In this document: piece by piece, positions 49,493-62,900 of the stretch | How the letters are laid out: each line of letters starts with the position of its first letter | Position numbering within the stretch: position 1 is the first letter of the stretch | NCBI GenBank assembly: GCA_050613775.1 | Contig: JBODTK010000122.1 | Coordinates: forward strand, 310,001-374,000 | DNA length: 64,000 bases | Source of the DNA: Neocallimastix sp. 'constans' | Lineage: Eukaryota | Reading direction: 5' to 3' | The notes under the pieces: generated by a model | What the model was told of the DNA's origin: nothing | The model's database searches: none | What the model saw: the letters and a program-made list of their open reading frames with translations, nothing else | Position numbers and translations under genes: made by a program

Positions 49493-52400
49493 AAAATAAA
49501 ATAAAATAAATAGTTGAAAAATGAATATAAAGTTCAGATTGAATAAAATAAAATGAAATAAATAGTTGAAATATGAATATAAAGTACAGATTGAATAAAA
49601 TAAAATGAAATAAATAGTTGAAATATGAATATAAAGTACAGATTGAATAAAATAAAATAAAATAAAATAAAATAAAATAAAATAAATAGTTGAAATATGA
49701 ATATAAAATATAGATTGAATAAAATAAAATAAAATAAATAGTAGAAATATAAATATGAAATACAGAATGAATAAAATAAAATAAATAGTTGAAATATAAA
49801 TATGAAGTACAGATTGAATAAAATAAAATAAAATAAATAGTAGAAATATAAATATAAAGTACAGATTGAATAAAATAAAATAAAATAAATAGTAGAAATA
49901 TAAATATAAAGTACAGATTGAATAAAATAAAATAAAATAAATAGTAGAAATATAAATATAAAGTACAGATTGAATAAAATAAAATAAAATAAATAGTAGA
50001 AATATAAATATAAAGTACAGATTGAATAAAATAAAATAAAATAAAATAAAATAAATAGTAGAAATATAAATATAAAGTACAGATTGAATAAAATAAAATA
50101 AAATAAATAGTAGAAATATAAATATAAAGTACAGATTGAATAAAATAAAATAAAATAAAATAAAATAAAATAAATAGTAGAAATATAAATATAAAGTACA
50201 GATTGAATAAAATAAAATAAAATAAATAGTAGAAATATAAATATAAAGTACAGATTGAATAAAATAAAATAAAATAAATAGTAGAAATATAAATATAAAG
50301 TACAGATTGAATAAAATAAAATAAAATAAATAGTAGAAATATAAATATAAAGTACAGATTGAATAAAATAAAATAAAATAAATAGTAGAAATATAAATAT
50401 AAAGTACAGATTGAATAAAATAAAATAAAATAAATAGTAGAAATATAAATATAAAGTACAGATTGAATAAAATAAAATAAAATAAAATAAAATAAATAGT
50501 AGAAATATAAATATAAAGTACAGATTGAATAAAATAAAATAAAATAAATAGTAGAAATATAAATATAAAGTACAGATTGAATAAAATAAAATAAAATAAA
50601 TAGTAGAAATATAAATATAAAGTACAGATTGAATAAAATAAAATAAAATAAATAGTAGAAATATAAATATAAAGTACAGATTGAATAAAATAAAATAAAA
50701 TAAAAATAGTAGAAATATAAATATAAAGTACAGATTGAATAAAATAAAATAAAATAAATAGTAGAAATATAAATATAAAGTACAGATTGAATAAAATAAA
50801 ATAAAATAAATAGTAGAAATATAAATATAAAGTACAGATTGAATAAAATAAAATAAAATAAATAGTAGAAATATAAATATAAAGTACAGATTGAATAAAA
50901 TAAAATAAAATAAATAGTAGAAATATAAATATAAAGTACAGATTGAATAAAATAAAATAAAATAAAAATAGTAGAAATATAAATATAAAGTACAGATTGA
51001 ATAAAATAAAATAAAATAAATAGTAGAAATATAAATATAAAGTACAGATTGAATAAAATAAAATAAAATAAATAGTAGAAATATAAATATAAAGTACAGA
51101 TTGAATAAAATAAAATAAAATAAATAGTAGAAATATAAATATAAAGTACAGATTGAATAAAATAAAATAAAATAAATAGTAGAAATATAAATATAAAGTA
51201 CAGATTGAATAAAATAAAATAAAATAAATAGTAGAAATATAAATATAAAGTACAGATTGAATAAAATAAAATAAAATAAATAGTAGAAATATAAATATAA
51301 AGTACAGATTGAATAAAATAAAATAAAATAAATAGTAGAAATATAAATATAAAGTACAGATTGAATAAAATAAAATAAAATAAATAGTAGAAATATAAAT
51401 ATAAAGTACAGATTGAATAAAATAAAATAAAATAAATAGTAGAAATATAAATATAAAGTACAGATTGAATAAAATAAAATAAAATAAAATAAAATAAATA
51501 GTAGAAATATAAATATAAAGTACAGATTGAATAAAATAAAATAAAATAAATAGTAGAAATATAAATATAAAGTACAGATTGAATAAAATAAAATAAAATA
51601 AATAGTAGAAATATAAATATAAAGTACAGATTGAATAAAATAAAATAAAATAAATAGTAGAAATATAAATATAAAGTACAGATTGAATAAAATAAAATAA
51701 AATAAAAATAGTAGAAATATAAATATAAAGTACAGATTGAATAAAATAAAATAAAATAAATAGTAGAAATATAAATATAAAGTACAGATTGAATAAAATA
51801 AAATAAAATAAATAGTAGAAATATAAATATAAAGTACAGATTGAATAAAATAAAATAAAATAAATAGTAGAAATATAAATATAAAGTACAGATTGAATAA
51901 AATAAAATAAAATAAATAGTAGAAATATAAATATAAAGTACAGATTGAATAAAATAAAATAAAATAAATAGTAGAAATATAAATATAAAGTACAGATTGA
52001 ATAAAATAAAATAAAATAAATAGTAGAAATATAGATATAAAGTACAGATTGAATAAAATAAAATAAAATAAATAGTAGAAATATAAATATAAAGTACAGA
52101 TTGAATAAAATAAAATAAAATAAATAGTAGAAATATAAATATAAAGTACAGATTGAATAAAATAAAATAAAATAAATAGTAGAAATATAAATATAAAGTA
52201 CAGATTGAATAAAATAAAATAAAATAAATAGTAGAAATATAAATATAAAGTACAGATTGAATAAAATAAAATAAAATAAATAGTAGAAATATAAATATAA
52301 AGTACAGATTGAATAAAATAAAATAAAATAAAATAAAATAAATAGTAGAAATATAAATATAAAGTACAGATTGAATAAAATAAAATAAAATAAATAGTAG

Positions 52401-55400
52401 AAATATAAATATAAAGTACAGATTGAATAAAATAAAATAAAATAAATAGTAGAAATATAAATATAAAGTACAGATTGAATAAAATAAAATAAAATAAATA
52501 GTAGAAATATAAATATAAAGTACAGATTGAATAAAATAAAATAAAATAAAAATAGTAGAAATATAAATATAAAGTACAGATTGAATAAAATAAAATAAAA
52601 TAAAAATAGTAGAAATATAAATATAAAGTACAGATTGAATAAAATAAAATAAAATAAATAGTAGAAATATAAATATAAAGTACAGATTGAATAAAATAAA
52701 ATAAAATAAATAGTAGAAATATAAATATAAAGTACAGATTGAATAAAATAAAATAAAATAAATAGTAGAAATATAAATATAAAGTACAGATTGAATAAAA
52801 TAAAATAAAATAAATAGTAGAAATATAAATATAAAGTACAGATTGAATAAAATAAAATAAAATAAATAGTAGAAATATAAATATAAAGTACAGATTGAAT
52901 AAAATAAAATAAAATAAATAGTAGAAATATAAATATAAAGTACAGATTGAATAAAATAAAATAAAATAAATAGTAGAAATATAAATATAAAGTACAGATT
53001 GAATAAAATAAAATAAAATAAATAGTAGAAATATAAATATAAAGTACAGATTGAATAAAATAAAATAAAATAAATAGTAGAAATATAAATATAAAGTACA
53101 GATTGAATAAAATAAAATAAAATAAATAGTAGAAATATAAATATAAAGTACAGATTGAATAAAATAAAATAAAATAAATAGTAGAAATATAAATATAAAG
53201 TACAGATTGAATAAAATAAAATAAAATAAAAATAGTAGAAATATAAATATAAAGTACAGATTGAATAAAATAAAATAAAATAAATAGTAGAAATATAAAT
53301 ATAAAGTACAGATTGAATAAAATAAAATAAAATAAAATAAAATAAAATAAAATAAAATAAAATAAATAGTAGAATATAAATATAAAGTACAGATTGAATA
53401 AAATAAAATAAAATAAAATAAAATAAAATAAAATAAAATAAAATAAAATAAAATAAAATAAAATAAAATAAAATAAAATAAAATAAAATAAAATAAAATA
53501 AAATAAAATAAATAGTTGAAATATAAATATAAACTATAGATTGAATAAAATAAAATAAAATAAAATAAAATAAAATAAAATAAAATAAAATAAAATAAAA
53601 TAAAATAAAATAAAATAAAATAAAATAAAATAAAATAAAATAAAATAAAATAAAATAAAATAAAATAAAATAAAATAAAATAAAATAAAATAAAATAAAA
53701 TAAAATAAAATAAAATAAAATAAAATAAAATAAAATAAATAGTTGAAATATAAATATAAACTATAGATTGAATAAAATAAAATAAAATAAAATAAAATAA
53801 AATAAAATAAAATAAAATAAAATGAATAGTTGAAATATAAATATAAACTACAGATTGAATAAAATAAAATAAAATAAAATAAAATAAAATAAAATAAAAT
53901 AAAATAAAATAAAATAAAATAAAATAAAATAAAATAAAATAAAATAAAATAAAATAAAATAAAATAAAATAAAATAAAATAAATAGTGGAATATAAATAT
54001 AAAGTACAGATTGAATAAAATAAAATAAAATAAAATAAAATAAAATAAAATAAAATAAAATAAAATAAAATAAAATAAAATAAAATAAAATAAAATAAAA
54101 TAAAATAAAATAAAATAAAATAAAATAAAATAAAATAAAATAAAATAAAATAAAATGAATAGTTGAAATATAAATATAAACTACAGATTGAATAAAATAA
54201 AATAAAATAAAATAAAATAAAATGAATAGTTGAAATATAAATATAAACTACAGATTGAATAAAATAAAATAAAATAAAATAAAATAAAATAAAATAAAAT
54301 AAAATAAAATAAAATAAAATAAAATAAAATAAAATAAAATAAAATAAAATAAAATAAAATAAAATAAAATAAAATAAAATAAATAGTGGAATATAAATAT
54401 AAAGTACAGATTGAATAAAATAAAATAAAATAAAATAAAATAAAATAAAATAAAATAAAATAAAATAAAATAAAATAAAATAAAATAAAATAAAATAAAA
54501 TAAAATAAAATAAAATAAAATAAAATAAAATAAAATAAAATAAAATAAAATAAAATAAAATGAATAGTTGAAATATAAATATAAACTACAGATTGAATAA
54601 AATAAAATAAAATAAAATAAAATAAAATGAATAGTTGAAATATAAATATAAACTACAGATTGAATAAAATAAAATAAAATAAAATAAAATAAAATAAAAT
54701 AAAATAAAATAAAATAAAATAAAATAAAATAAAATAAAATAAAATAAAATAAAATAAAATAAAATAAAATAAAATAAAATAAAATAAAATAAAATAAAAT
54801 AAAATAAAATAAAATAAATAGTAGAATATAAATATAAAGTACAGATTGAATAAAATAAAATAAAATAAAATAAAATAAAATAAAATAAAATAAAATAAAA
54901 TAAATAGTAGAATATAAATATAAAGTACAGATTGAATAAAATAAAATAAAATAAAATAAAATAAAATAAAATAAAATAAAATAAAATAAAATAAAATAAA
55001 ATAAAATAAATAGTAGAATATAAATATAAAGTACAGATTGAATAAAATAAAATAAAATAAAATAAAATAAAATAAAATAAAATAAAATAAAATAAAATAA
55101 AATAAAATAAAATAAATAGTAGAATATAAATATAAAGTACAGATTGAATAAAATAAAATAAAATAAAATAAAATAAAATAAAATAAAATAAAATAAAATA
55201 AAATAAAATAAAATAAAATAAATAGTAGAATATAAATATAAAGTACAGATTGAATAAAATAAAATAAAATAAAATAAAATAAAATAAAATAAAATAAAAT
55301 AAAATAAAATAAAATAAAATAAAATAAAATAAAATAAAATAAAATAAAATAAAATAAAATAAAATAAAATAAAATAAAATAAAATAAAATAAAATAAAAT

Positions 55401-55625
55401 AAAATAAAATAAAATAAAATAAAATAAAATAAAATAAAATAAAATAAAATAAAATAAAATAAAATAAAATAAAATAAAATAAAATAAAATAAAATAAAAT
55501 AAAATAAAATAAAATAAAATAAAATAAAATAAAATAAAATAAAATAAAATAAAATAAAATAAAATAAAATAAAATAAAATAAAATAAAATAAAATAAAAT
55601 AAAATAAAATAAAACAAAATAAAAT
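49493..55625. repeat. 52-bp satellite array with internal (AAAAT)n expansion
   Basis: Unit GATTGA(ATAAA)4TAGTAGAAATATAAATATAAAGTACA; successive GATTG at 49864 and 49916 give a 52-bp period. Confidence 0.97.
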
Positions 55626-55664
55626 AAAAAAAATTATTATAAATGATAACTTAGTAAAATAGTA

Positions 55665-56015
55665 TGCTTTTACATTTATATGATTCAAAAAATTTATTTT
55701 TAATTCTTGTAAAATCGTCTTCTCCTATTATTAATATGTAATTTATATATATCATTATAATTCCTTTTAAAACTTTATTTTGTGAATAAAAGAATACACA
55801 TACGGATCTAATTTTGATTGTAATAATCCCATGTTGTTTATTGTATTTGTGATTTCATCATTCCATACCTTTATGCTTCGTTTTAATATGTTAATTTATC
55901 TTTATAATTTTCATATTCTATTTGGTTCATTATATCCTTCACCAAAATATGGAATCTTCATGTAAATATTTTCCTAAAGTTTACCATTAGGATAAGAACA
56001 ATTAATATATTTTCA
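55665..56015 (-). mobile_element. Degenerate Ty1/copia reverse transcriptase fragment
   Basis: Minus-strand translation YINCSYPNGKL*ENIYMKIPYFGEGYNEPNRI*KL*R*INILKRSIKVWNDEITNTINNMGLLQSKLDPYVY, then after a frameshift GIIMIYINYILIIG. This follows the copia RT order AYLNG.L.E.IYM..P / KL.KS.YGLKQS.R.W / S..DPCVY / YVDDILI.G. Confidence 0.75.
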
Positions 56016-56235
56016 ACCAAAAAATTCGATTCCTTTGATTTCAGATTTATGATACTTATTTATATTAATTAATTCTTCTAAATATAAATTATCATCATTA
56101 CTGACATCTCCAATTAAAATAAGAATTTCCAAATCAATATTATTAAAGTGCCTTTTTTTTATGTATATTTTATTTTCTCATCACTTAAATATTTAAATAT
56201 TTAAAATTATAATTTTTGTTATTTAAATAATAAGA

Positions 56236-56334
<99 letters not shown>

Positions 56335-56933
56335 ATTAAACATAAATATATAATTTATTAGTTCATGTTTTAAAAATATAAGGATTTTACTATGATTATT
56401 TGAATATTTTATATTCAGTTCTTCAATATGATCTATATCTGAATGTATATTATTTTCAATCATTAGGTAAGGAAACTTTTTTTTTTTTTAATACTACATA
56501 CATTATTATCATAAAAGATTTATGTGATTATCCTAAATGTATAGTAAGACTTTCTCTGAATAGTTAATTCAAACCTAAATTTATTATTAATTTATTATAT
56601 TCTTAAATATTAAATATTATTATTATACTATCATACTATCACTTTTAATTTTTTTTTAATTTTATATTTATTTATTTATATTTATTTATTTAATTATATA
56701 TAATACTTATAAATATTAGTAAATTATTTATAATATTTATTTATATTAAAAATTTTACTTTTGAGATGAATAATATTAAATCAATTTATAATCAATATGA
56801 ATAAAAATTTCTATTTTTTGTTTTTATTTTTAATAAAAAAAATTTTTTTTTTTTTATTAAAATCATTATAAAATTTTATTTATTTATATAACAATTCAAA
56901 ATTTAAAATTTTGAAATTTAATATTTAGATAAT

Positions 56934-58601
56934 ATGAGCAGTATTCCAGTGGAAGAGATTTTTAATGCACTAACTGAGGAAAATATATCTGAAGCGAAAA
57001 AATATATTGATAGTATTGGAATACCATTAGCTTATTTTAATTCACTTGGAATAATAGATGTTTTATTGTATGTCATAGACCAAAATCTCAACTATGAAAC
57101 TACAAAATTTGTAATTGATGAATGTCAATATGATACATTAGATTATACTTTTAAAAATCCTGGTATTGGTACAGAAACTCCTTTAATATCTGCACTAACA
57201 AATTGTAATAGGGAAATTGCAGATCTTCTAATAAAAAATGGTGCTTCAATAAACTATTTAATAAATTCCTTAAGTCTAATGCACTATTTAGAAGGTTATA
57301 ATATTTTACCTAAAAAAATACTTAAATACCTTATTAATAAAAGTTTTAACCTACAGAAAATTGATTCATTTTTAATTAATAGTTTTGAAAGTGAAATATT
57401 GAAAAAATTATTTAAATATGCAATTTTTGACAATGCATTTATTTTTAAAATTCTCACTATCTACAAACAAAAAGAACCCTTATCTGATAAACAATTAAAA
57501 AATATAATAGCAAATGAAAAAAATAAAATTACAATTGAAAACGATTGGTACATGAAAGCTATTGATAATGAAAATTATGAAGCTATAGAAATATTATATA
57601 ATAATGAAAATAAAGATAATGAAAAAACTAACAGAACCAAACTATTAACATTATTTGACCTTTATGATAAAATGCATCAAACAAGAAGAAAACATGAATT
57701 TATAGAAAAAATAATAAATAAAAATATTAATATACCAATGGAGGAATCTTTTTTAGAAAATGGTATTATGGAAAGTTTGGATGATATAAAGGAACATTTA
57801 ATTGAAATATTTAAAAAGGGGGATAAAGAATTATTAGAAAATTATATTGATAATACAACCCTTGAATTAGAAGAAATAAATGATGAAAACTTTGATATTT
57901 TAATGAACGCAATAGAAAATAGTGATTCATGTGAATTAATTCAATATATTATAGATACTGTTCCATATACAGATTTAAATTATGATTTACCTTTAAATAA
58001 AGAATATAAAACACCTATTTCAACGGCTATTAGTTATAATCATTTTAAAGTTGCCGATTTCTTAATTTCCAAGGGAGCTGACTTAAACTATAAACTTGTT
58101 AATGATAATACTAAAAGTTCTAACGAAATTCTTTTATATTTATATAGAAACAATTTTTTAAATTTTGATAATCTCAAATATACTTTGAATAAAAAAATTT
58201 TAAATAAAATCAAAGAAAATGCTAAAGGACTTTATGTAACACATTCCCTTATTTATAATTTAATTAAACAAACAGAAAATGAAATGACTGAATATATCAT
58301 AAGGACTCTTCATTTTCCTGTTACTATTAATCAATATAGAGTTGCCCTAATAGCAAATAATTATGACATGGTTGATTTATTATATGAAATAGATAAATCC
58401 GAAGAAATATCTAAATTACTAAAGTTAATAGAAGCGCTCACTAAATGTAGTACTGAAAAGTCATATTTATTATCAAAGAAAACAAAGTATGATAAAATAA
58501 AATCAGCAGCAGATATGCATTTCCAAAATGAAAAGGAAAGACAAGCACAACTTTCTAAAGCCAAATTAAGCTCAATAAAAAATTACGTTGAAGATATGTA
58601 A
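56934..58601 (+). CDS. Intronless ankyrin-repeat-like protein (two-module)
   Basis: 555-aa ORF with TPLISALTNCNREIADLLIKNGASINY and TPISTAISYNHFKVADFLISKGADLNY ankyrin-like units. Confidence 0.85.
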   Translation: MSSIPVEEIFNALTEENISEAKKYIDSIGIPLAYFNSLGIIDVLLYVIDQNLNYETTKFVIDECQYDTLDYTFKNPGIGTETPLISALTNCNREIADLLIKNGASINYLINSLSLMHYLEGYNILPKKILKYLINKSFNLQKIDSFLINSFESEILKKLFKYAIFDNAFIFKILTIYKQKEPLSDKQLKNIIANEKNKITIENDWYMKAIDNENYEAIEILYNNENKDNEKTNRTKLLTLFDLYDKMHQTRRKHEFIEKIINKNINIPMEESFLENGIMESLDDIKEHLIEIFKKGDKELLENYIDNTTLELEEINDENFDILMNAIENSDSCELIQYIIDTVPYTDLNYDLPLNKEYKTPISTAISYNHFKVADFLISKGADLNYKLVNDNTKSSNEILLYLYRNNFLNFDNLKYTLNKKILNKIKENAKGLYVTHSLIYNLIKQTENEMTEYIIRTLHFPVTINQYRVALIANNYDMVDLLYEIDKSEEISKLLKLIEALTKCSTEKSYLLSKKTKYDKIKSAADMHFQNEKERQAQLSKAKLSSIKNYVEDM

Positions 58602-59908
58602 CCTCTTTTATATATACATGTCTTTTAAAAAAGAAATAATATATATATAGTATTTTTTAAATAGTATTTATATTTATTATGTTGAAAACTAATCCATATA
58701 TGAAACCAAAAAAAATTATCATTATTTAAATAAATAAATAGTAATAAAAAAATTGTATAATGAATAATAATGAAAAATAAGAATTAATAAAGAAATAAAT
58801 AATAAAATTTTACTAATAATAATAATAATAATAATAATAGTAATAAACAAAAAGTTTACTATAATAAAATTGTAATGAAAAATGAGTTAATTTTTGTAAT
58901 ATTAATAAAATAAAAATAAATATATAAATGAAAATGAAAATGTAAATTTTTAATAATTATAATAATAATAAAAATAATAAAAATAATAATAATTATAATA
59001 ATAATAATAATGAAATATAATTCAATATAAAAATAGTTTTTTTTCATATATATATATGTATATAAAATTAAAAAAAAAAAGATCATATTATAAGTCTTGC
59101 TCTTTTACTTTATCATTTTTCAATTTTTTCATTATTATGAAGTAGTGATATTTCAATATAAATTATTATCTTGTTTTATTTATTATTATATTTTATTTTA
59201 TTTTATTTTATTTTTGTCTTTTTTATTATATATCATTTTTTCTTGTTATTTATTATTTTTACTTTTTCTTATTCTAAATAGAAGAAACAATGCCACCATC
59301 AATAATATATTAAATTAATTAATTTATTTTAATTAAATAATAACTTTGTGCAACAAAAACAACCAATAAAATTAATTCATCTTTTTATTACGCCATTAAT
59401 ATATCTAATAAATAAAAGAGTAAATGAATATTAAAGTAAATAAATTACCTAAAAAGTAAATAAATAAATAAGTTTGCATATAAATCAAACAAATATTACA
59501 ATTAATAAATATAATTAAAGATATAAAAATAGTTAAAAAAAAAAAATATTTAAAATGGAAAAATATTTAAAATGGAAAAATATTTATATATTAAATTTTT
59601 TTATTAATAAAATTTAATACAAATTAATAAAATATTTCTTTTTAAATTTTATAAATAATTTACAGTAATTAATTTTGAAATTTTGAAATTTTAAAAATTT
59701 TGGAATTTGTCATTTACAAATTATATTATATTTTATATAATATTTTTTGTAATAAAAAATATTAAAAAAAAAAAAAAAAAAAAAAATTGGAAATGAAAAT
59801 TATTGCTTGATAAAATAATAATAATTTTGTATAATAAATATCAAAATTCAATTAAATTTGAACAATTAAATTATATATATATATACATAAATATCGATTA
59901 TAAACAAA

Positions 59909-62900
59909 ATGAGTGCAATAAAACAATTTAAAAATTCAATAGGATCAAAAGATTTAAAAAATTTTTTAATGAAAGAAAAAAATAAAACAAAAGAAAATGA
60001 CGGAATAATAATAGAAAATTTAGAAGAAATCAATGATGGTTCTTTTTCAAAAGAAAAGAAAAAAAATAATAATAATAAAAATGAAACAAATTCAGAGATA
60101 GATAGTAATAGTGACCAAAAAAATATGAAATATACCATAAGTTCATTGGATTTAATGAAACTTTTGAAAAAACAAAAGTCAAAAACAAAAAATAATGAAG
60201 AAGAAGAGACTGAATTGAATGAAATTTCAGAAGATTCTGAATTAAATAGTGAAGAAAAATCTGAAAAAAATAATGACCAAAAAAATATGAAATACATTAT
60301 AAATTCATTAGATTTAATAAAACTTTTAAAAAAAGAAAAGTCCAAAACCAAAAATAATGAGGAAGAAGATTTCGAAATAAGTGTAGATTTTAATGAATAC
60401 GAAGAAAACGAAAATAAAAGCTATAAAGAGGATGAAGGAGAAAAATCAAAGAAAAACACTGAATATACAATAAGTTCAATTGATTTATTAAAATTTTTAA
60501 AAATGGAAAAATTCAAGAATAAAAACAATGAAAAAGAAAAATTAGATAATAATGAAAATAAGAAAGATAATGAGGAAAAATTAGAAAAAAATGATAGTTC
60601 AAATGATGATATTAAAAATAAATTTGATTTAATGAAATACTTAAAAAAGGAAAAATCAAAAACGAAGGTTAAAGAAGAAGAAAATGATTGTAACAATGAT
60701 GAAAGCGAAAATGAAATGGATAATGATTTAGGAAATTTAAAAGAAGAGATAAATAATAAAAAGAAAGATAATGATGAAAAATCTGATAAAAGTAGTAATA
60801 AGAAAAACAGTATGAAATATACAATAGATTCATTAGATTTAATGAAATATTTAAAAAAGGAAAAAACAAAAGATTCCATAAATGAGGAAGGAAATTTTGA
60901 TAGGAATGATGATAAAAAAATTAATAGAGATAAATTAGGAAAATATGATAATACAATGGAGGATTTGATAGAAATGTTTGATATAATAAAATATTTAAAA
61001 AAAGAAAAATCAAAATCAAAAGTTAAAGAGGAAGAAGAAGAAGGAAACAATGATGATGATGAAATGGATAACTATTTAAAGAATCTTAAAGAAGAAATAA
61101 ATAATAAAGAGAAAGATGATGATGAAAAATCAAATAAAAGTAGTAAAAAGAAAAGTAGTATGAAATATGCAATGAATTCATTAGATTTAATGAAATTTTT
61201 AAAAAAGGAAAAAACAAAAGATTCTTTTAATGAGGAAGAAAAATCTGATATAGATAATGATGAAAAAAATAATAAAGAAAAACCAGAAAAATCTGATAGT
61301 TCAAAGGATGAAATAAAAGATTTATTAGATCTAATGAAATATTTAAAGAAAGAAAAATCTAAAACAAAGAATAAGGAAGAAGAACAGGAAGAAGAACAAG
61401 AAGAAAATCCAGAAACTAATAATGATTTTAATATTAATAGTGAAAAGTCGGAGAAAAGTAATTCAAAATATTCCATTAATTCATTAGATTTAATGAAATT
61501 TATGAAAAAGGAAAAAACGAAAGATTCTATAATCAAAAATGAAAATAATAATGAAATAAACAATAATAAAAAAAATAATAAGGATAAAATAACAAAAAAT
61601 GATGAAAAAAAAGATAATAAAGGTAAATCTTATAAAGATAATGAAAAAAAAAATAACAAAAATAAAACTTTTAAAGATGACGAAAAGGAAAAAAATAAAA
61701 ATAAAACTTCTATAAACGATGAGAAGAAAGATAATAATAGTAAAATTTTTAAAAATAATGAAAAAATGGATGACAAAGAAAAACCAAAAAAAAATGATAG
61801 TCCTATGGAAGAGTTAATGTATAAATTAGATTTAATAAGATATTTAAAGAAGGAAAAATCAAAAACTTCTAAAATGAAAAAAGAAGTGAAAGTAGAAGAA
61901 AATATTGAAAATAATAATGATTTAAAATCAACTAATGAAAAAATTGATAATCAAAAAAGTACGAAATATATGATAAATTCATTAGATTTAATGAAATTTT
62001 TAAAGAAAGAAAAATCTAAATCAAAAGTTAATGAAGAAATGAAAAATGAAACTGATAAAAAGAATAATAATAGTAATAATAGTAATAATAATAATAAAGA
62101 AAACCCAGAGAAAAATGAAAATCCATTAGATGATTTAATGGAATTATTAGAACAAAATATTGATTTAGAAGATTTCAGAAAAAAAATGGAAAAATTTAAT
62201 AATTATACTGGCTTAAACTTTTTATATAATTATTATTATTATGAAAAACCTGAAGTGACTGATATTGAAAGAAGGAATGGTTTAAAGGGTATAGAAGAAA
62301 AAATAATAAAAATAAATGATTTTAAAACTATTAAAGAGAAAATCAAGCTAATAAAACATTTAATAAATAGTCATTTAATTAAAACTGTTGATGATATTAA
62401 AGTTTTTCTTAAGGAAAATGAAATTACCATTAAGGAATTAAATAGTCTTAAAGGTTTTGATCTCTTAATCTATTTAATTGAAGGTCAGACTGGCTATATC
62501 ACCATTCCATTAATAAAACACGTAGTAAGTTATACTTATTATAAAAATTTAAATTATACCATTTTCAGTAATAAATTTGGAGTTAGGTCGCCACTTCTTT
62601 CTGCAATTATTAATAAAAATTATAGAGCTGCGGACTTTTTAATAAAAAGGGGTGCTGATATTAACTTTAAAATAAATTCTATTAATGTTCTCTATTATTT
62701 ATTAAATAATCAATTTCTTGATAAAAGTACACTTAAATATTTAATTAATAATGGATATGATGTAGCTGTAATGGATTCCTTTATTATCAATAATTTAAGT
62801 AATGATTATATTAATATCATATTTAACTATGGTATCTTTGATAATACTTTTGTTTTGAGGATGCTTCATGGATATAAGAAACAAATACCATTATCAAATG

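Noticed and set aside
49493..55625. CRISPR-like repeat-spacer array
   Set aside because: The spacers are only variable-length AAAAT, not unique sequences; the context is eukaryotic and there are no cas genes.
49491..55688. 2065-aa and 343-aa minus-strand ORFs
   Set aside because: These are translations of the satellite. The unit lacks minus-strand stops in nearly all frames, and its 52-bp and 5-bp periods are not multiples of 3.
47866..61563. Antisense S/F-rich ORFs (47866, 47895, 58361, 59866, 60421, 60669, 61072)
   Set aside because: Shadows of real E/K-rich plus-strand genes.
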